DNA from: Guillardia theta CCMP2712
Lineage: Eukaryota; Protista; Cryptophyta
Direction: 5' to 3'
DNA: 64,000 nucleotides
Assembly: GCF_000315625.1 (NCBI RefSeq)
Contig: NW_005434579.1
Span: 63,594 to 127,593, forward strand
Positions 49,826 through 64,000 of the stretch are shown piece by piece. The notes under the pieces were generated by a model, which did no database searches, was not told where the DNA came from, and saw only the letters and a list, made by a program, of their open reading frames with translations. Positions within the stretch are counted from its first letter, which is position 1. Each line of letters begins with the position of its first letter. Position numbers and translations under genes: made by a program.

Positions 49826-52800
49826 ATGAGGATTCAAGTCAAGTATGAAGATCAGCAGCGGTCGTATGGCGAAGGAGCAAGCAGACGTTGCGACTCAGTA
49901 TGACCAGAGAGTCAGCGACAGCTGGCAGTAGCATGACGATGAAGAGTGAACGGAAGGACATGGAGGGGGCTTTGCGCCAGATGAGAAGAGATAGGAATTA
50001 GCTTGTTGAACGCTACTTTTACCTGAGACGAAGCCACGTTGAGGTGCGACTTCGTGATAAGGGCGAAGATTCGAGCCTCAGATCGGGCAGAAAGAGAGGA
50101 GGGCAAGAAGCATGGGACCAGACTCTGACAGGAGCTCATGTAGGTGCTGACCTGGAGCCTCCCTACATGCTCTCACCTAGCAGGTAAAGACTACATGCTC
50201 CTGCAGCTTTGATGTGTGACCCGTGTGATGGAAGGGGGGCAAGGATCCTTGCGGATGGCAGGACTGCCATCAGCGAGCTAGACAGGAGCACAGTACAGGC
50301 GAGCAAACGAATCGGCGTTGCAGGAGCATCGTCACTGGGTATGGAGACTGGGTGGGGGAAGAAGCTTGCTCCTAAATGTATCTGGTCAGTTTTCTTCGAG
50401 GTGACAGTGATCAGGAGCAAGGGATGTATCGTCGTAGGATTGGCGGTACAACAGCTCAGGATCCAACGCCCTGCTCTCCCTCACCCTCGTGCTGGCAGAG
50501 GTACAGCCCGACAAACGCGCAAGGGTGGCTCTTTCATAGCAAGTCGATCTCGTACGGGGCAGGTGAGATTAGAAACATGTTCAGCATGCGAGGGATCATG
50601 TGGCTGCAGAGCCAAATTGCCTCGAACCTGTCAGCCATTCGTCTTCCAAGACGGGGAAATCTTCGACGGGGCCCCTTGGCAAGAAATTTGCCCATGTCCC
50701 TGCAGTGTCGCAGTTCTGACGGTCCAGCAGTGGCCGGTGACGTCATCATCTGTGGTGTGCGAACTATCCATGGGTCCTGCTCCTTTCCTCTCCCCGTCCT
50801 CTATCGACTTGACGGGCTGCGCTGCCAGGGGGTCGGCAGAGATCTTCTTCAGTCGCAACGGGGTCCAGGAGGCGTCAGTACGGGACACAGAAGTTATCAA
50901 TCAGTTGACCAGCTCGACGGAGTCTTCCTTTCTGTACCCGACAGTCCAAGTCCATGTCGACTGAGTCCGGTCGTCCCGCTGACGGGCCCGCAGATCTCCG
51001 ACGGAGAAGTCGTCGTCATCGAGACATCCGATGATGTGCAAGGTAGTCGAGCTGCGCAGAGCAGAACGTCCCGAGTCGATCACGGTGGACTTGTCTGCAC
51101 ACCATCAGTTGCCATCGACTCAGGTGGACCTGCCAGTATGGCAGAAGTCTTGGATGATGCAGCCTGTAGGAATAGGAGGCTCCCTCTACCTTGGAGAGTA
51201 CAAGGCGGAGGTAGAGCCCTGTCGCTACGCTGATAGCAGTTGAATCGTGATTCAGGTCTCGGTCAACCATGATGTCATGACGGCTGATTTCAAGTCAAGG
51301 TAGTGCTCCTGTGACCTGCTCATCTGCTGCTCCTGGTTGTCGAGAGTTTCTGACTTGTTTCCTGCTCGTGCTCTTCGTTCCTTTCGATCATCTCACTATC
51401 TCCCCGACGTTTCTCGGCCTCTTCCGCGCTTTCGATCTTTGCGCTCAGCATGGACGCGTCTCCCAACCATGCAGCAGAATCAGCCGTGTTTGTGGCGGAG
51501 AAGGCAAGTAGAACTGTCAAGTTTTGAGGGTTCAAATTCTCCAAGGTACTCGAGAAGACCGTCATTCATGGACAGCTGGACTGGAGCTCGACCTACTTCG
51601 AGGTCACCATCCTCCTGGCAGACAAGGACGAGGAGGAGCCCTGTGGCGTCGATGTCTACGTGGGGCTCTTTGAGGGGACCTTGTCGACTGTTGGGTACTT
51701 CATCTCCTTCTCCTTCTCCTTCTCCTTCGCTTTCTCCTCCTCCTCCTCCTCCTCCTCCTCCCTCTCCTCGTCGGCTCTACCTCTCTTCCACCTCATCTTT
51801 CCTCCCCCTTCCTGCACCTCCCTATCATTGTCAACCTTGTCGTCATCATCAGCTGAAAACTTTGCAGGGGATGGCCCGGGATCCGACCCAACTCGTACTC
51901 TCTCCGGGTATGCCTGCTCCTGCTACTCTCACTGCAGGCGCGCTGCTGAACCTTGCGGGATAGGGGAGGGACGGTGTGCTGCACTTCAACGACGGGGTGG
52001 AGGAAGGTGAGGAGGATGCGGGGGAGGCAACTCGTGCGACTGGAGCCGCAGGGACGACGAAGATGGAAGATCGAAGCAAGGAGGGCACGAGATGGACGTT
52101 CGCAGCTGGGGACATCGTGGGCTGTGGAGTGATCAGGTCGACAGGGCAGGTGCAGCGAGTCTGTGTTGCTGTGGGAGTTAAGTTTCCTTCTTGCCGTGCA
52201 GCTCTTTTTCACCAAGAATGGCACATGGGTGACCGTCGCTTCTCCCTCCTCTCTCCCTTTCTTCCCTCTCTCCTCTCCCTTTCTTCCTCTCTCCCTTTCT
52301 TCCTCCTCCTCTCTCCCTTTCTTCCTCCTCCTCTCTCCCTTTCCTCCTCCTCCTCTCTCCCTTTCCTCCTCCTCCTCTCTCCCTTTCTTCCTCCTCCTCT
52401 CTCCCTTTCCTCCTCCTCCTCTCTCCCTTTCCTCCTCCTCCTCTCTCCCTTTCTTCCCTCTCCCCTCTTTCCCTCCTCCTTCACCTGTCCTCTACTCTCT
52501 CATGGCCTCAATTCCCTCGCTCCTCGCTCCCTTCTCTACTCAACTCTCTCCTTCCTCCTCCTCCTCCTCCCCTTTGCCCAGATCATTCTCCTGTCCTCGT
52601 TATCCTTGGCTTGCTCTCTTGTTCTACAGTCTTTCCGGCTCTCTCCCTTGCTATTCTCCATCCCCAACCATTCCTTCAGATTCGCTTCCTCCTCGACACT
52701 CCCTTGAAGCCTAATGCGCAACTCACCCCAGCATGTGCCCTTCGGACGTCGGTAAGGCCTCTACTCTCGTTCTCGTGTCATGCTCGCTTGCAGGGTGTCG

Positions 52801-55800
52801 TTGCGTTCAACGTGGGGCAGAGGAGGTTCTGCTTCGATTTCGCTCCTCTCACTGCGCTGGGTTCAAACTTGGTCTGATGTGTGACTTGCTAACATGCTGG
52901 CAGTGTCTTCGGGCAAGATAACCAACTCCTCCTCCTCCCCTACTGGTTCAGATGGCAAGAACCCAGACAGCCGTCTGTCTCCTCGTGGAGCTGGTGAAGG
53001 GTTGAGGTTGACAACCTGCCTTCGCGCGTGTCATCGGAGAGGGTTTGACATGTTTTTTTTTCCTTGGCCAACAGGTCGGTGACTGATCGCAAGATGTGCA
53101 TCAAGTGCTTTGAGAAGACTTCGGGTCACTTTGCAATGTCGCTATGGAAGTCTTACACTCAGTGAAGATATGCTGGGAGAACCGTGCATATCGTGCAGGT
53201 CGAAGCAGATGTTCAAGGACGGGGAGCAAGAAGGCAGAGGCGCTGTGCAGGTTTGTACCTCTTTCCGCTGACGGAGGATCTTTGAGGTTCATCATGGACA
53301 GGAGGGCGACACAAGTTTGCTGTCATCGATCAGGCCTGACGACGACGGAGCAAACGAGTCTCAGCAGACAAGACGGTAGAGCAAGAGGAATTGCTTAGTC
53401 GAGATGTGACTGACTGTTTGATGACACAACTAGCAACTTATTCTCCATGACAAGTGACAAGGGCAACAACAGCAGTGGCGTGAGCGTTTTTCTCACCTCA
53501 GGTCTCTCCGCTCAATGTCCCGGCGGGAGCTGACCGGCAAGAAAGGTGGGAGGCTGATCAGTTTCTCGGGGTCGAAAGTACATGAAGAATTGTATTCGAC
53601 ACACCTCAAGGGTAAATTCTCAAAGACACGCTGTGCTGATTATCTTGCTGTTTCTTGCTGTCTTGCCTTCTTTGTACGCCCTTGCTCTTGTGCTTGACGC
53701 GTGGAATGGACAGGGTTCAACAGACTTGAGGACAGTCTGTTGAGATTGGATCAATCTCGACAGAGGAACGGCAAAGGTGAGGATTTACAGCAGAGAACCA
53801 GCGCTGTAAGCTCTGCCGTCAACAACAGTATGGCTCACGATTTCTTCCGTGAGACTGTTGACATCGTTCCTATCAGACCAGGAGGAGGAAGAGAACGAGG
53901 AGGAAAGGGGGGAGGAGGAGGCTTCCTTCAACATCCCAGACAGATCATCTGACTTGTCTGTGGAGAGGATCGTCGAGGAGAAAGATCGCAAGTGAAGTTC
54001 TGCTGAGAATGTCGTTTTTCCTCTCATCCGCGAGCCTCGTCGGCAGGTTGAAGCAGGTAGAAGACGCTCTTGACAAGTCTGCAAGGATAGCCTACCAGGA
54101 GAGGTCAGGGCCTCCTCCTGACCCCAGCTCGATTGACTGTGTCTGCCAGGACTCTCCGGATGCAGCTGGAGTTGGAGGTCAAAGAGCTGAGAGAGCAAGT
54201 CTGGCAAGGAATATGATGGCTGCCTTCTTATCTCTAACTGCAGTTGTACTTGACTTGTGGTCCTGATCCCTCCAGGTTGTCCTCCTCCCAGTCCTGATGG
54301 AAAAGCTGACAGCATTTCCTGCAGACGTCAAATCGACAAGGCCGACGACGAGGAGATTGCGAGGGTTGACATGTGCACCATCTCTCGAAACTTTGACACG
54401 TCGGTTTCAAGTCCTCGGAAGCTTTTCATATCATCACGCAAGAGCTGTCCACAAGAAATCAAGAGGTTGAATGACAAAGTCTCATGTCCTGTGTCTTCTC
54501 CCCTCTGCATAACCAGATGTATCTCTTCTCTCCTTTGTTCTGATTCACTTCTGCGCCATCTCTGCTTCATGAATGAACAGCTGGAGGAAGTGAAGGAAAG
54601 CAACCGAATACTTTCAGAGAGGTCAAACTCGACAAAGCCCTTGTCTTCTTCTACCCCCCTCATCTCAACTCCTCCTCCAGGATTTCTTTCCTCGAGGCCG
54701 AGAACCAAGAGCTAAAGAACAACCTCAAAGACCTTGTAAGTCCTCGACTTTCCCCTGCCTCCTCTTGACTTCCCGCTGTACCAGACTAGAACTCCTCGTA
54801 CCCCAGCGAGCGAGGCCTCGTCGACGCACGTTGACCCTGTTCTCCTGCTCTCCCTCTGCCTTCCTCCACGGCTGATGACCTGAAGCAGCACACGAGCGAG
54901 ACCGACTCTCCCACCATCCTTCGTCCCACCAGGCACCCCCAAGGCCCGTTGGACAAGACCTCTATCAAGCGATGGAGCAAACCTTTCACAGTCTCCTTGA
55001 CTAGACAGCCGCCCACCAAACCTTCCGTTGAGTCTCTCAACAAGACCGTGACAGCGGGGCAGCCGGACAAGTGCGGAGTCGGGGTGATGCTGATAGTGAA
55101 CCCGGCGACCAACGTGACCCCATGCTCTCTCCCTCTCTCCCTTCATGTCATGCTGTGCTGAACCAGGTTGTCAATGTGACCTCCGTCGTTCCCGGTAGCT
55201 CCCTACCTCAAAACATCTCCTCCTCCTTCTCGTGCTCCGCCTTCTTCTCTTCCTCTTTCTCTCTACCACCACCACAATCCTCCTCCTCCTCCTCCTCCTC
55301 CTCCTCCTCCTCCTCCTCCTCCTCCTCCTCCTCCTCCTCCTCGTGGTCATCGACATCATCTTCATGGCACAGGGAGCGCGGCGCATGTAGACGGCAGGAT
55401 CATGGCAGGTGGGATCAGAGTTGTAGCTGGGAACTCTTGACGCGTGAGAATCAAGGAGACGTCCTGATGGCGGTTGACGGACATTCGCTGAGGTGAGCTC
55501 ATCGATGATACAGCTGAGACCTGAGAAATCCCGGCAGGCCCGACCTGAGGCCGAAGCTGGACGACGTAGTGAAGAAGATCGTCGGAGGGCCAGGGACAGG
55601 TGGCAGCACTTTGACAAGCTGACGCGTCTGATATGACAAGCCGCAGTTGTCAACCTGACCCTCTCTCGACCTGAGACAACTGAGGTGCTTGCTCTTGCGA
55701 GGTCTGCTTGAGAGACATGTCTGCCAGGTCTCTCCTCCTTCGCTCCTTCCCTCGCTCGTTCCCCCATCAGTCACCGCAGTTTGATCTCGATCACATTGGA

Positions 55801-55905
55801 AAGCTGATCTGCTTGAGACGCGAGCTTGCTTTAAACTCTTCCTATATCCTACCTGCATACCGAGTTGGCGTCTGTAGCTATATCGCTGAAGGAACTGAAA
55901 CCTGA
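49826..55905 (+). CDS. SPRY-SPRY / coiled-coil / C-terminal PDZ protein (possibly two genes), multi-exon
   Basis: SPRY1: FFEVTVIRSKGCIVVGLA, AGDVIICGV, EIFFSRNG, LYPTVQ. SPRY2: FAAGDIVGCGV, LFFTKNG, VAFNVGQRRFCFD. PDZ: CGVGVML..VNVTSVVPG|SAAHVDGRIMA|GDVLMAVDG..LDDVVKKIVGGPGT|VVNLTLSR. Exon linkage at 53-54.7 kb was not fully traced. Confidence 0.7.
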
Positions 55906-56027
55906 TGCTTCAATGCTCGTCCTTGCTCATTGCAACACATCTTGACGAAAACTGAGAAAGTCTCGGTCTGGTCTTGTTTGTCATGCATTCGACGTTCGAA
56001 CACAATCATATTGTCACATGGGCATAC

Positions 56028-56481
56028 TCAAAATGATCTACCGCTCTGTCGCTCAACGAGCGCTCGTCTAACGCCTCCTCTTTCAGAGCTTTTCTGATCT
56101 CTGATCGTCTTCAACAACCCTATGAGGAAGAGAGAGAGAATAGGTAGGAATTGCAGTAAGATCATGAAACACAAAAGTGCGATTGAACTCCCGCTGCTAC
56201 TCCCGCGGGAGCACGTTAGCCTTGGAATGATCCAAGCATAAGGTCGCGGGCCGTCGAAGCAGGAGGACGCGGGCCGTGGCCTCGGGTCCTCCTCGGAGTC
56301 CTGCGGGAAGGAGGAGCCGTGAAGGAGGGAGCTGGAGGCGGTGGGTGACGACGGGGAGGAGGACGGAGACGAAGGGCGGCAGATCGAGGAGGCTGTAGAG
56401 GCCATGGTATGCCAAGCGCTTGGCCAGCAGGACTGGGAGTCAGCCGGGGAGAGGGGGGAGGGAGAGGAGGGAGGAGGGCAT
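56028..56481 (-). pseudogene. Copy A of small Ser/Pro-rich family: truncated or chimeric (lacks the conserved C-terminal block)
   Basis: 56266-56528 is near-identical to 57181-57448 (5-bp indel). After PRPAS the sequence diverges into an unrelated hydrophobic tail. Confidence 0.55.
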
Positions 56482-56843
56482 GGTTGAGGGAAGGGAGAAG
56501 TAGGGAAGGAGATAAAGAGGTATCGGGGACACGAGGGAAGTACATTTTATCGGACGCAGTGGTAAGTTGTAAATAGTCCAGCACGCGATCAGCGCCATCT
56601 ACGCGTTTTGGATGAACTTTCAAAAGCAGTCTGGCTCGTTTGAGGTGGCGATCACTGATATGAGTGAGGGCCAGTGGTCAAGCTACATCATCCACACCTT
56701 GCCAGCAAAAGCAACATTACAACCAGTTCCCCATGTCGTCTAGCGAGCAAGCGCAGGCAAAGATTTCTATCCCAGTCAGCGTTTGTGTCATATATATATA
56801 TCCTTTACTGCACACTCCGTACGCCTGTCTCACTGGCATAGCG

Positions 56844-57401
56844 CTACATCGTGAGATCGTCGAAGTCCCGCTGCTCTCCTCCATGCATCATCGCCGCCTC
56901 GTGGTGCAGCTCCAGCCCGACTTGTCTGTTCCGAAGCTCCCGCACTCGTCGCGCCTCCCGGCTCATGACCGTCTGCTGCTCGCCATGAGGCGCGGGGCGA
57001 CCTTGACGGCGCCTGAGAGCTGCGCGCTCCCCTCGGCGGTACACGGAGGGGGCAGGGAGGGGCGTCGGGTAGTCGAAGGAGGAGGGGGCAGCAGAGGGGA
57101 AGGAGGAGCGGTGAGGGAGGGGCGAGGTAGAAAAAGGATGGCCCGAGGCTACAAGGATTATTTCAGGACTCATGCAAAAAGACGCGGGCCGTGGCCTCGG
57201 GTCCTCCTCGGAGTCCTGCGGGAAGGAGGAGCCGTGAAGGAGGGAGCTGGAGGCGGTGGGTGACGACGGGGAGGAGGACGGAGACGAAGGGCGGCAGATC
57301 GAGGAGGCTGTAGAGGCCATGGTATGCCAGGCGCTTGGCCAGCAGGACTGGGAGTCAGCCGGGGAGAGGGGGGAGGGAGAGGAGGGGAGGGAGGAGGGCA
57401 T
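56844..57401 (-). CDS. Copy B of small Ser/Pro-rich family (185 aa), unknown function
   Basis: ATG-to-stop intronless ORF; the C-terminal ~90 aa is conserved with copies C and D. Confidence 0.7.
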   Translation of the reverse strand: MPSSLPSSPSPLSPADSQSCWPSAWHTMASTASSICRPSSPSSSPSSPTASSSLLHGSSFPQDSEEDPRPRPASFCMSPEIILVASGHPFSTSPLPHRSSFPSAAPSSFDYPTPLPAPSVYRRGERAALRRRQGRPAPHGEQQTVMSREARRVRELRNRQVGLELHHEAAMMHGGEQRDFDDLTM

Positions 57402-58394
57402 GGTTGAGGGAAGGGAGAAGTAGGGAAGGAGATAAAGAGGTATCGGGGCATTACCACAGGTAGAAGGCGCTGATCACATGCTGGACTATTTACTACAGGC
57501 ACAGCATCACGTTATCCACTCTTTAACACGTTCTGTTTCCCTAATTTCGGAATCATTCTCCGTACCCCTTGTATTCCCCTGTTCGAACACCCGTGCTTTC
57601 GTCTATCACTTTACACTCGTTATATTGCTATTAGTGCGGAAAATGTACTTATCGTGGCATTTCCGGCAAACGCATTGATGCCCCTTCAACAGAACAGTCG
57701 TGTGTGACATGAGCTCGTTTTCGCAGTCCGTGCTGGCTGACATGCAGTCCTCCTCTGCTCTCCCTCCGCTCCTCTCATCAGTTGTACTCTTCGGATCCCC
57801 TTGAGATCATCTCAGAGAGGCCGACGTAACCATCCTGATCATGCTGCCGCAGAATCTTTTCCGTCCAACCCTTGCCGAGCTCTAGCCGAGCTCTAGCCAC
57901 CGAGCTCTAGCCGAGCTCAATAATAGAGGACATAAAGGTGGGGACAACAAGGTTCAATGAGCGATGACGCTCCGAAACGTGCGGTCAGACTGTGAGCTTC
58001 AGGCGGACGTGGCAATGAAGAAGCAGAGGTCGAGAGAGGCTATGCAGAGGTCATTGTGGAGTATCTAGGAAGGAGCGACCGAGTATGAGAGGTTGTGGGT
58101 AGAAAACAAGGGGTGGGGTAAGGGGGGTGGGAGCTTGAATAAAATAGTTCAGTCTTTTGGAGCCGGACCGAAAGCCGCGAGATCTTGTCTTGCTAATTGT
58201 CTTGACTCAATCTGTAATCGGTTTCATAGCAGCGTTTCTGATTGAGCTTGCGGAAAGTGCCTGTAAAGCTCTGACAGAATATCAAGACAAATAAATCCAA
58301 ATAATCCCTGACAAGATTCGGATAACAATCAGAATCAGAGTTGGCTAGGTGCAGGTATCACTTGGATCCTTTAATCAATGTACCCTCATCTCCT

Positions 58395-58967
58395 CTATAG
58401 CGTAAGCTCGTCGAAGTCCCGCTGCTCTCCTCCATACATCATCGCCGCCTCGTGGTGCAGCTCCAGCCCGACTTGTCTGTTCCGAAGCTCCCGCACTCGT
58501 CGCGCCTCCCGGCTCATGGCCGTCTGCTGCTCGCCTTGAGGCGCGGGGCGACCTTGACGGCGCCTGAGAGCTGCGCGCTCCCCTCGGCGGTACACGGAGG
58601 GGGCAGGGAGGGGCGTCGGGCAGTCGAAGGAGGAGGGGGCAGCAGAGGGGAAGGAGGAGCGGTGAGGGGAAGGCAGGGGAACGGATGTTTCATTGGAGTC
58701 TTGATTGTGGGGTGAGGATCGAGCTGAGTTGGGGGACGCAGGTCGCGGCACGTTGTCGAGATCGGCCACTTGAGGGAAGGAGATTTCCAGGGAGCTAGAG
58801 GAGGCAGGGGAGGCTGCAGAAGATGAGCAAAGGGAGGATGAAGAGAGAGAAGGAGAAGGGGGGCAGCAAGTTGAGAGCAAAGTAGAAGCATCAATGGCCT
58901 CCAACTCGCTGAACCAGAGCGATGCGGAAGCTCGCGTGGTTGGCGAAGCAGGGCGTGAAAGGGGCAT
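58395..58967 (-). CDS. Copy C of small Ser/Pro-rich family (190 aa)
   Basis: Shared PHRSSFPSA...SREARRVRELRNRQVGLELHHEAAMMYGGEQRDFDELTL*. Confidence 0.7.
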   Translation of the reverse strand: MPLSRPASPTTRASASLWFSELEAIDASTLLSTCCPPSPSLSSSSLCSSSAASPASSSSLEISFPQVADLDNVPRPASPNSARSSPHNQDSNETSVPLPSPHRSSFPSAAPSSFDCPTPLPAPSVYRRGERAALRRRQGRPAPQGEQQTAMSREARRVRELRNRQVGLELHHEAAMMYGGEQRDFDELTL

Positions 58968-60082
58968 GGAAGGGAGTGCGTGGGTGCTGAGATTTCCGCT
59001 GTGGCAGATAATGAAGCAGTTTTTGAATTTACTACAGGGTTCAGTTTCTGATCACGAGGCATGCTGACACATGAAAGCGACGGTCATGTGCTACGAACAC
59101 GGAAAGAGTTATTCAGGTAGGGTGTAGTAAAGGCCGGCGCTTTCTGCTCTGCCATGGCGAACTTCTCCGTATCAAACTTGCAGCCGGCCATATGCTAATT
59201 TGACAGATCGATTGAAGACTCACTTCAACAGCTAATGATCATCTCAGGCCCAGAAATTTGCGGTCAACACGTGAGCTTCTGTGGATGAAGAAGCGGAAGT
59301 CAAGAGAAACGTTGAAGAGGTCGTTCAGGAGTAACCTAGGAAGGGCACGAGAGCAGCCGGTTGTAGATAATGCAGGATGGAATAAATGCGTGGGAGATAG
59401 CAAATGAGAGCTAGACGACTATGCCCATCGCCAAGGCGTTAGCACGTAGCGTGTGGCGGAAAATAAACTCGACGATGAAAGCAAGAATTCAATGAGTGTG
59501 GGAGAGTGAAATGCACGTAGAGCTTTCAAAAAGAACATGACGTGGATGCAAAGCTGACTACAAATCTCAGGCATCGATTAGTTTGGCTTGCCTTCATAAG
59601 AAATAACATTATGTATGACATATCTAAACTAGCTATATTTCTTGGACTGCCAATGAATTCTGAGTTGCAACGAAAAGTGATCCAAACCCTGCTGCTCTGC
59701 TTGATGCTGTGATGTATGAGAGACGGGAGTAACGATGAAATACAGGAAGCAAGTTGCCGTCAACGATGTTGGGTCGTTGGCTGTGGTCTTCGTGGAAGGA
59801 AGAACGCTCCGAGCTAGGTAGGCGACACGTTGGTCAATCATTACTACAGGAAGAAGTCGCTGTTCACGAGGCACGCTGACACATGAAATACAGATCTTTA
59901 CAGGAGAGAGAATACGGTCCGTGATCATTTACATGAGACGACCCCAGCATGCATCTCTTGGTAAGTAGTAAAAGCCTGTATGAGACTTCCCATGTGATCA
60001 AGGAACTTGCTGACAACCTCCCTGTAGTAACGCCGAAACCCCCTTCATAATTCACAGTCCACCGCGGTCTTCCCTACGTGAG

Positions 60083-60538
60083 ATGTGCTCGTCCCATCCT
60101 TCCCCTGCGACCACCCCCAACCCCACCCCCTCTGCCTCTCCTGCCGCCTCTAGCTCACTCTCCCACTCCTCCTTCCCTGAGATCGCCGACATCGACTCGA
60201 AGCAGCACCAGGCTTCCTCTCCCCATGAGTTGCCCTTACTCCTCGCTGGAGCCAGTCATCTTCCTTCCTTCTCCCTCCCCCCTCATCGCTCCTCCTTCCC
60301 CTCTGCTTCATCCTACTCCTTCGACTACTCGACGCCCCTCCCTGCCCCCTCTGTGTACCGCCGAGCGGAGCGCCGTCAAGGTCGCCCCGCGCCTCATGGC
60401 GAGCAGCAGACGGTCGTGAGCCGGGAGGCGCGACGAGTGCGGGAGCTTCGGAACAGACAAGTCGGGCTGGAGCTGCACCACGAGGCGGCGATGATGTATG
60501 GAGGAGAGCAGCGGGACTTCGACGAGCTGACGATGTAG
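60083..60538 (+). CDS. Copy D of small Ser/Pro-rich family (151 aa), inverted orientation
   Basis: Same conserved C-terminus, with an in-frame 5-codon deletion in the RGERAALRRRQ segment. Confidence 0.7.
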   Translation: MCSSHPSPATTPNPTPSASPAASSSLSHSSFPEIADIDSKQHQASSPHELPLLLAGASHLPSFSLPPHRSSFPSASSYSFDYSTPLPAPSVYRRAERRQGRPAPHGEQQTVVSREARRVRELRNRQVGLELHHEAAMMYGGEQRDFDELTM

Positions 60539-60905
60539 AGAGGAGAAACAGGAAGTGTGACTCTGGAGTTGAAAGTTGTATTAAATTGTGATGTACATGA
60601 CATCTGGCCATGGCAAGTCGCGCTCCCTTGTTCTGTACTTGCAAAAATTCTTCATATTCTCCATCTGTTCTCTTGCTCATTTCGTTATGATCGGCTCTCA
60701 CATGGAGTTGAGAATAAGTACTCTTTCAAGGTTCCCCTCTGCGTCCCACGATGAGCGATCAGACGAAACATGAGGTTTTCAATCAAGACAGAGATGCTGA
60801 CAAGGGCGACTAGACCCGTTCCTTCCCTTCCACTTGCACCTTAGTTGTCAGCTCATCCGGCCAATCTTCCCGAAGAGGTCTCAAGACGGCCGAGCACATC
60901 AGGAG

Positions 60906-64000
<3,095 letters not shown>

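Noticed and set aside
57875-57918. (GAGCTCTAGCC)n as a functional operator
   Set aside because: A short local slippage repeat, absent from the paralogous upstream region of copy C.
56844-60538. bZIP assignment for REARRVRELRNRQ
   Set aside because: It lacks the invariant N-x7-R/K (has His) and there is no following leucine zipper.

Overview
Eukaryotic, gene-dense, intron-rich nuclear DNA with many ~40-60 nt introns, CTGAC-type branch points and (GAG/CTC)n tracts. The style fits a cryptophyte alga such as Guillardia theta (inference, not a database match). No rRNA, tRNA, CRISPR or transposase was seen. Genes in order: last exon of a + gene; kinesin-14 (-, spans an N-gap); a ~15.7 kb intronless giant type-I membrane protein (-; signal peptide, FN3, many ~100-aa IPT/TIG-like units, SEA-like module, TM, long tail) split by a 1-nt frameshift at the edge of a 2382-bp near-identical repeat array; a divergent TPT-family transporter (+); an RRM + G-patch protein (-); a small hypothetical ORF (+); SERRATE/ARS2 (+); a cNMP-binding-domain protein (+); an MBD-FYRN-FYRC-bromodomain protein (-); a split-PH + LRR protein (-); V-ATPase subunit B (-); a SPRY-SPRY-coiled coil-PDZ protein (+); four small paralogous Ser/Pro-rich ORFs; and a TPR protein (-, incomplete). 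The strongest candidates for undescribed biology are (1) cassette-like, mosaic GC-rich repeats within an AT-richer giant surface-protein gene, (2) a recurring GC-island / AT-tract / G-run upstream architecture with shared motifs, and (3) the small-ORF family with a positionally conserved upstream element and a local inversion. Exon boundaries were read by eye and some gene ends are approximate.
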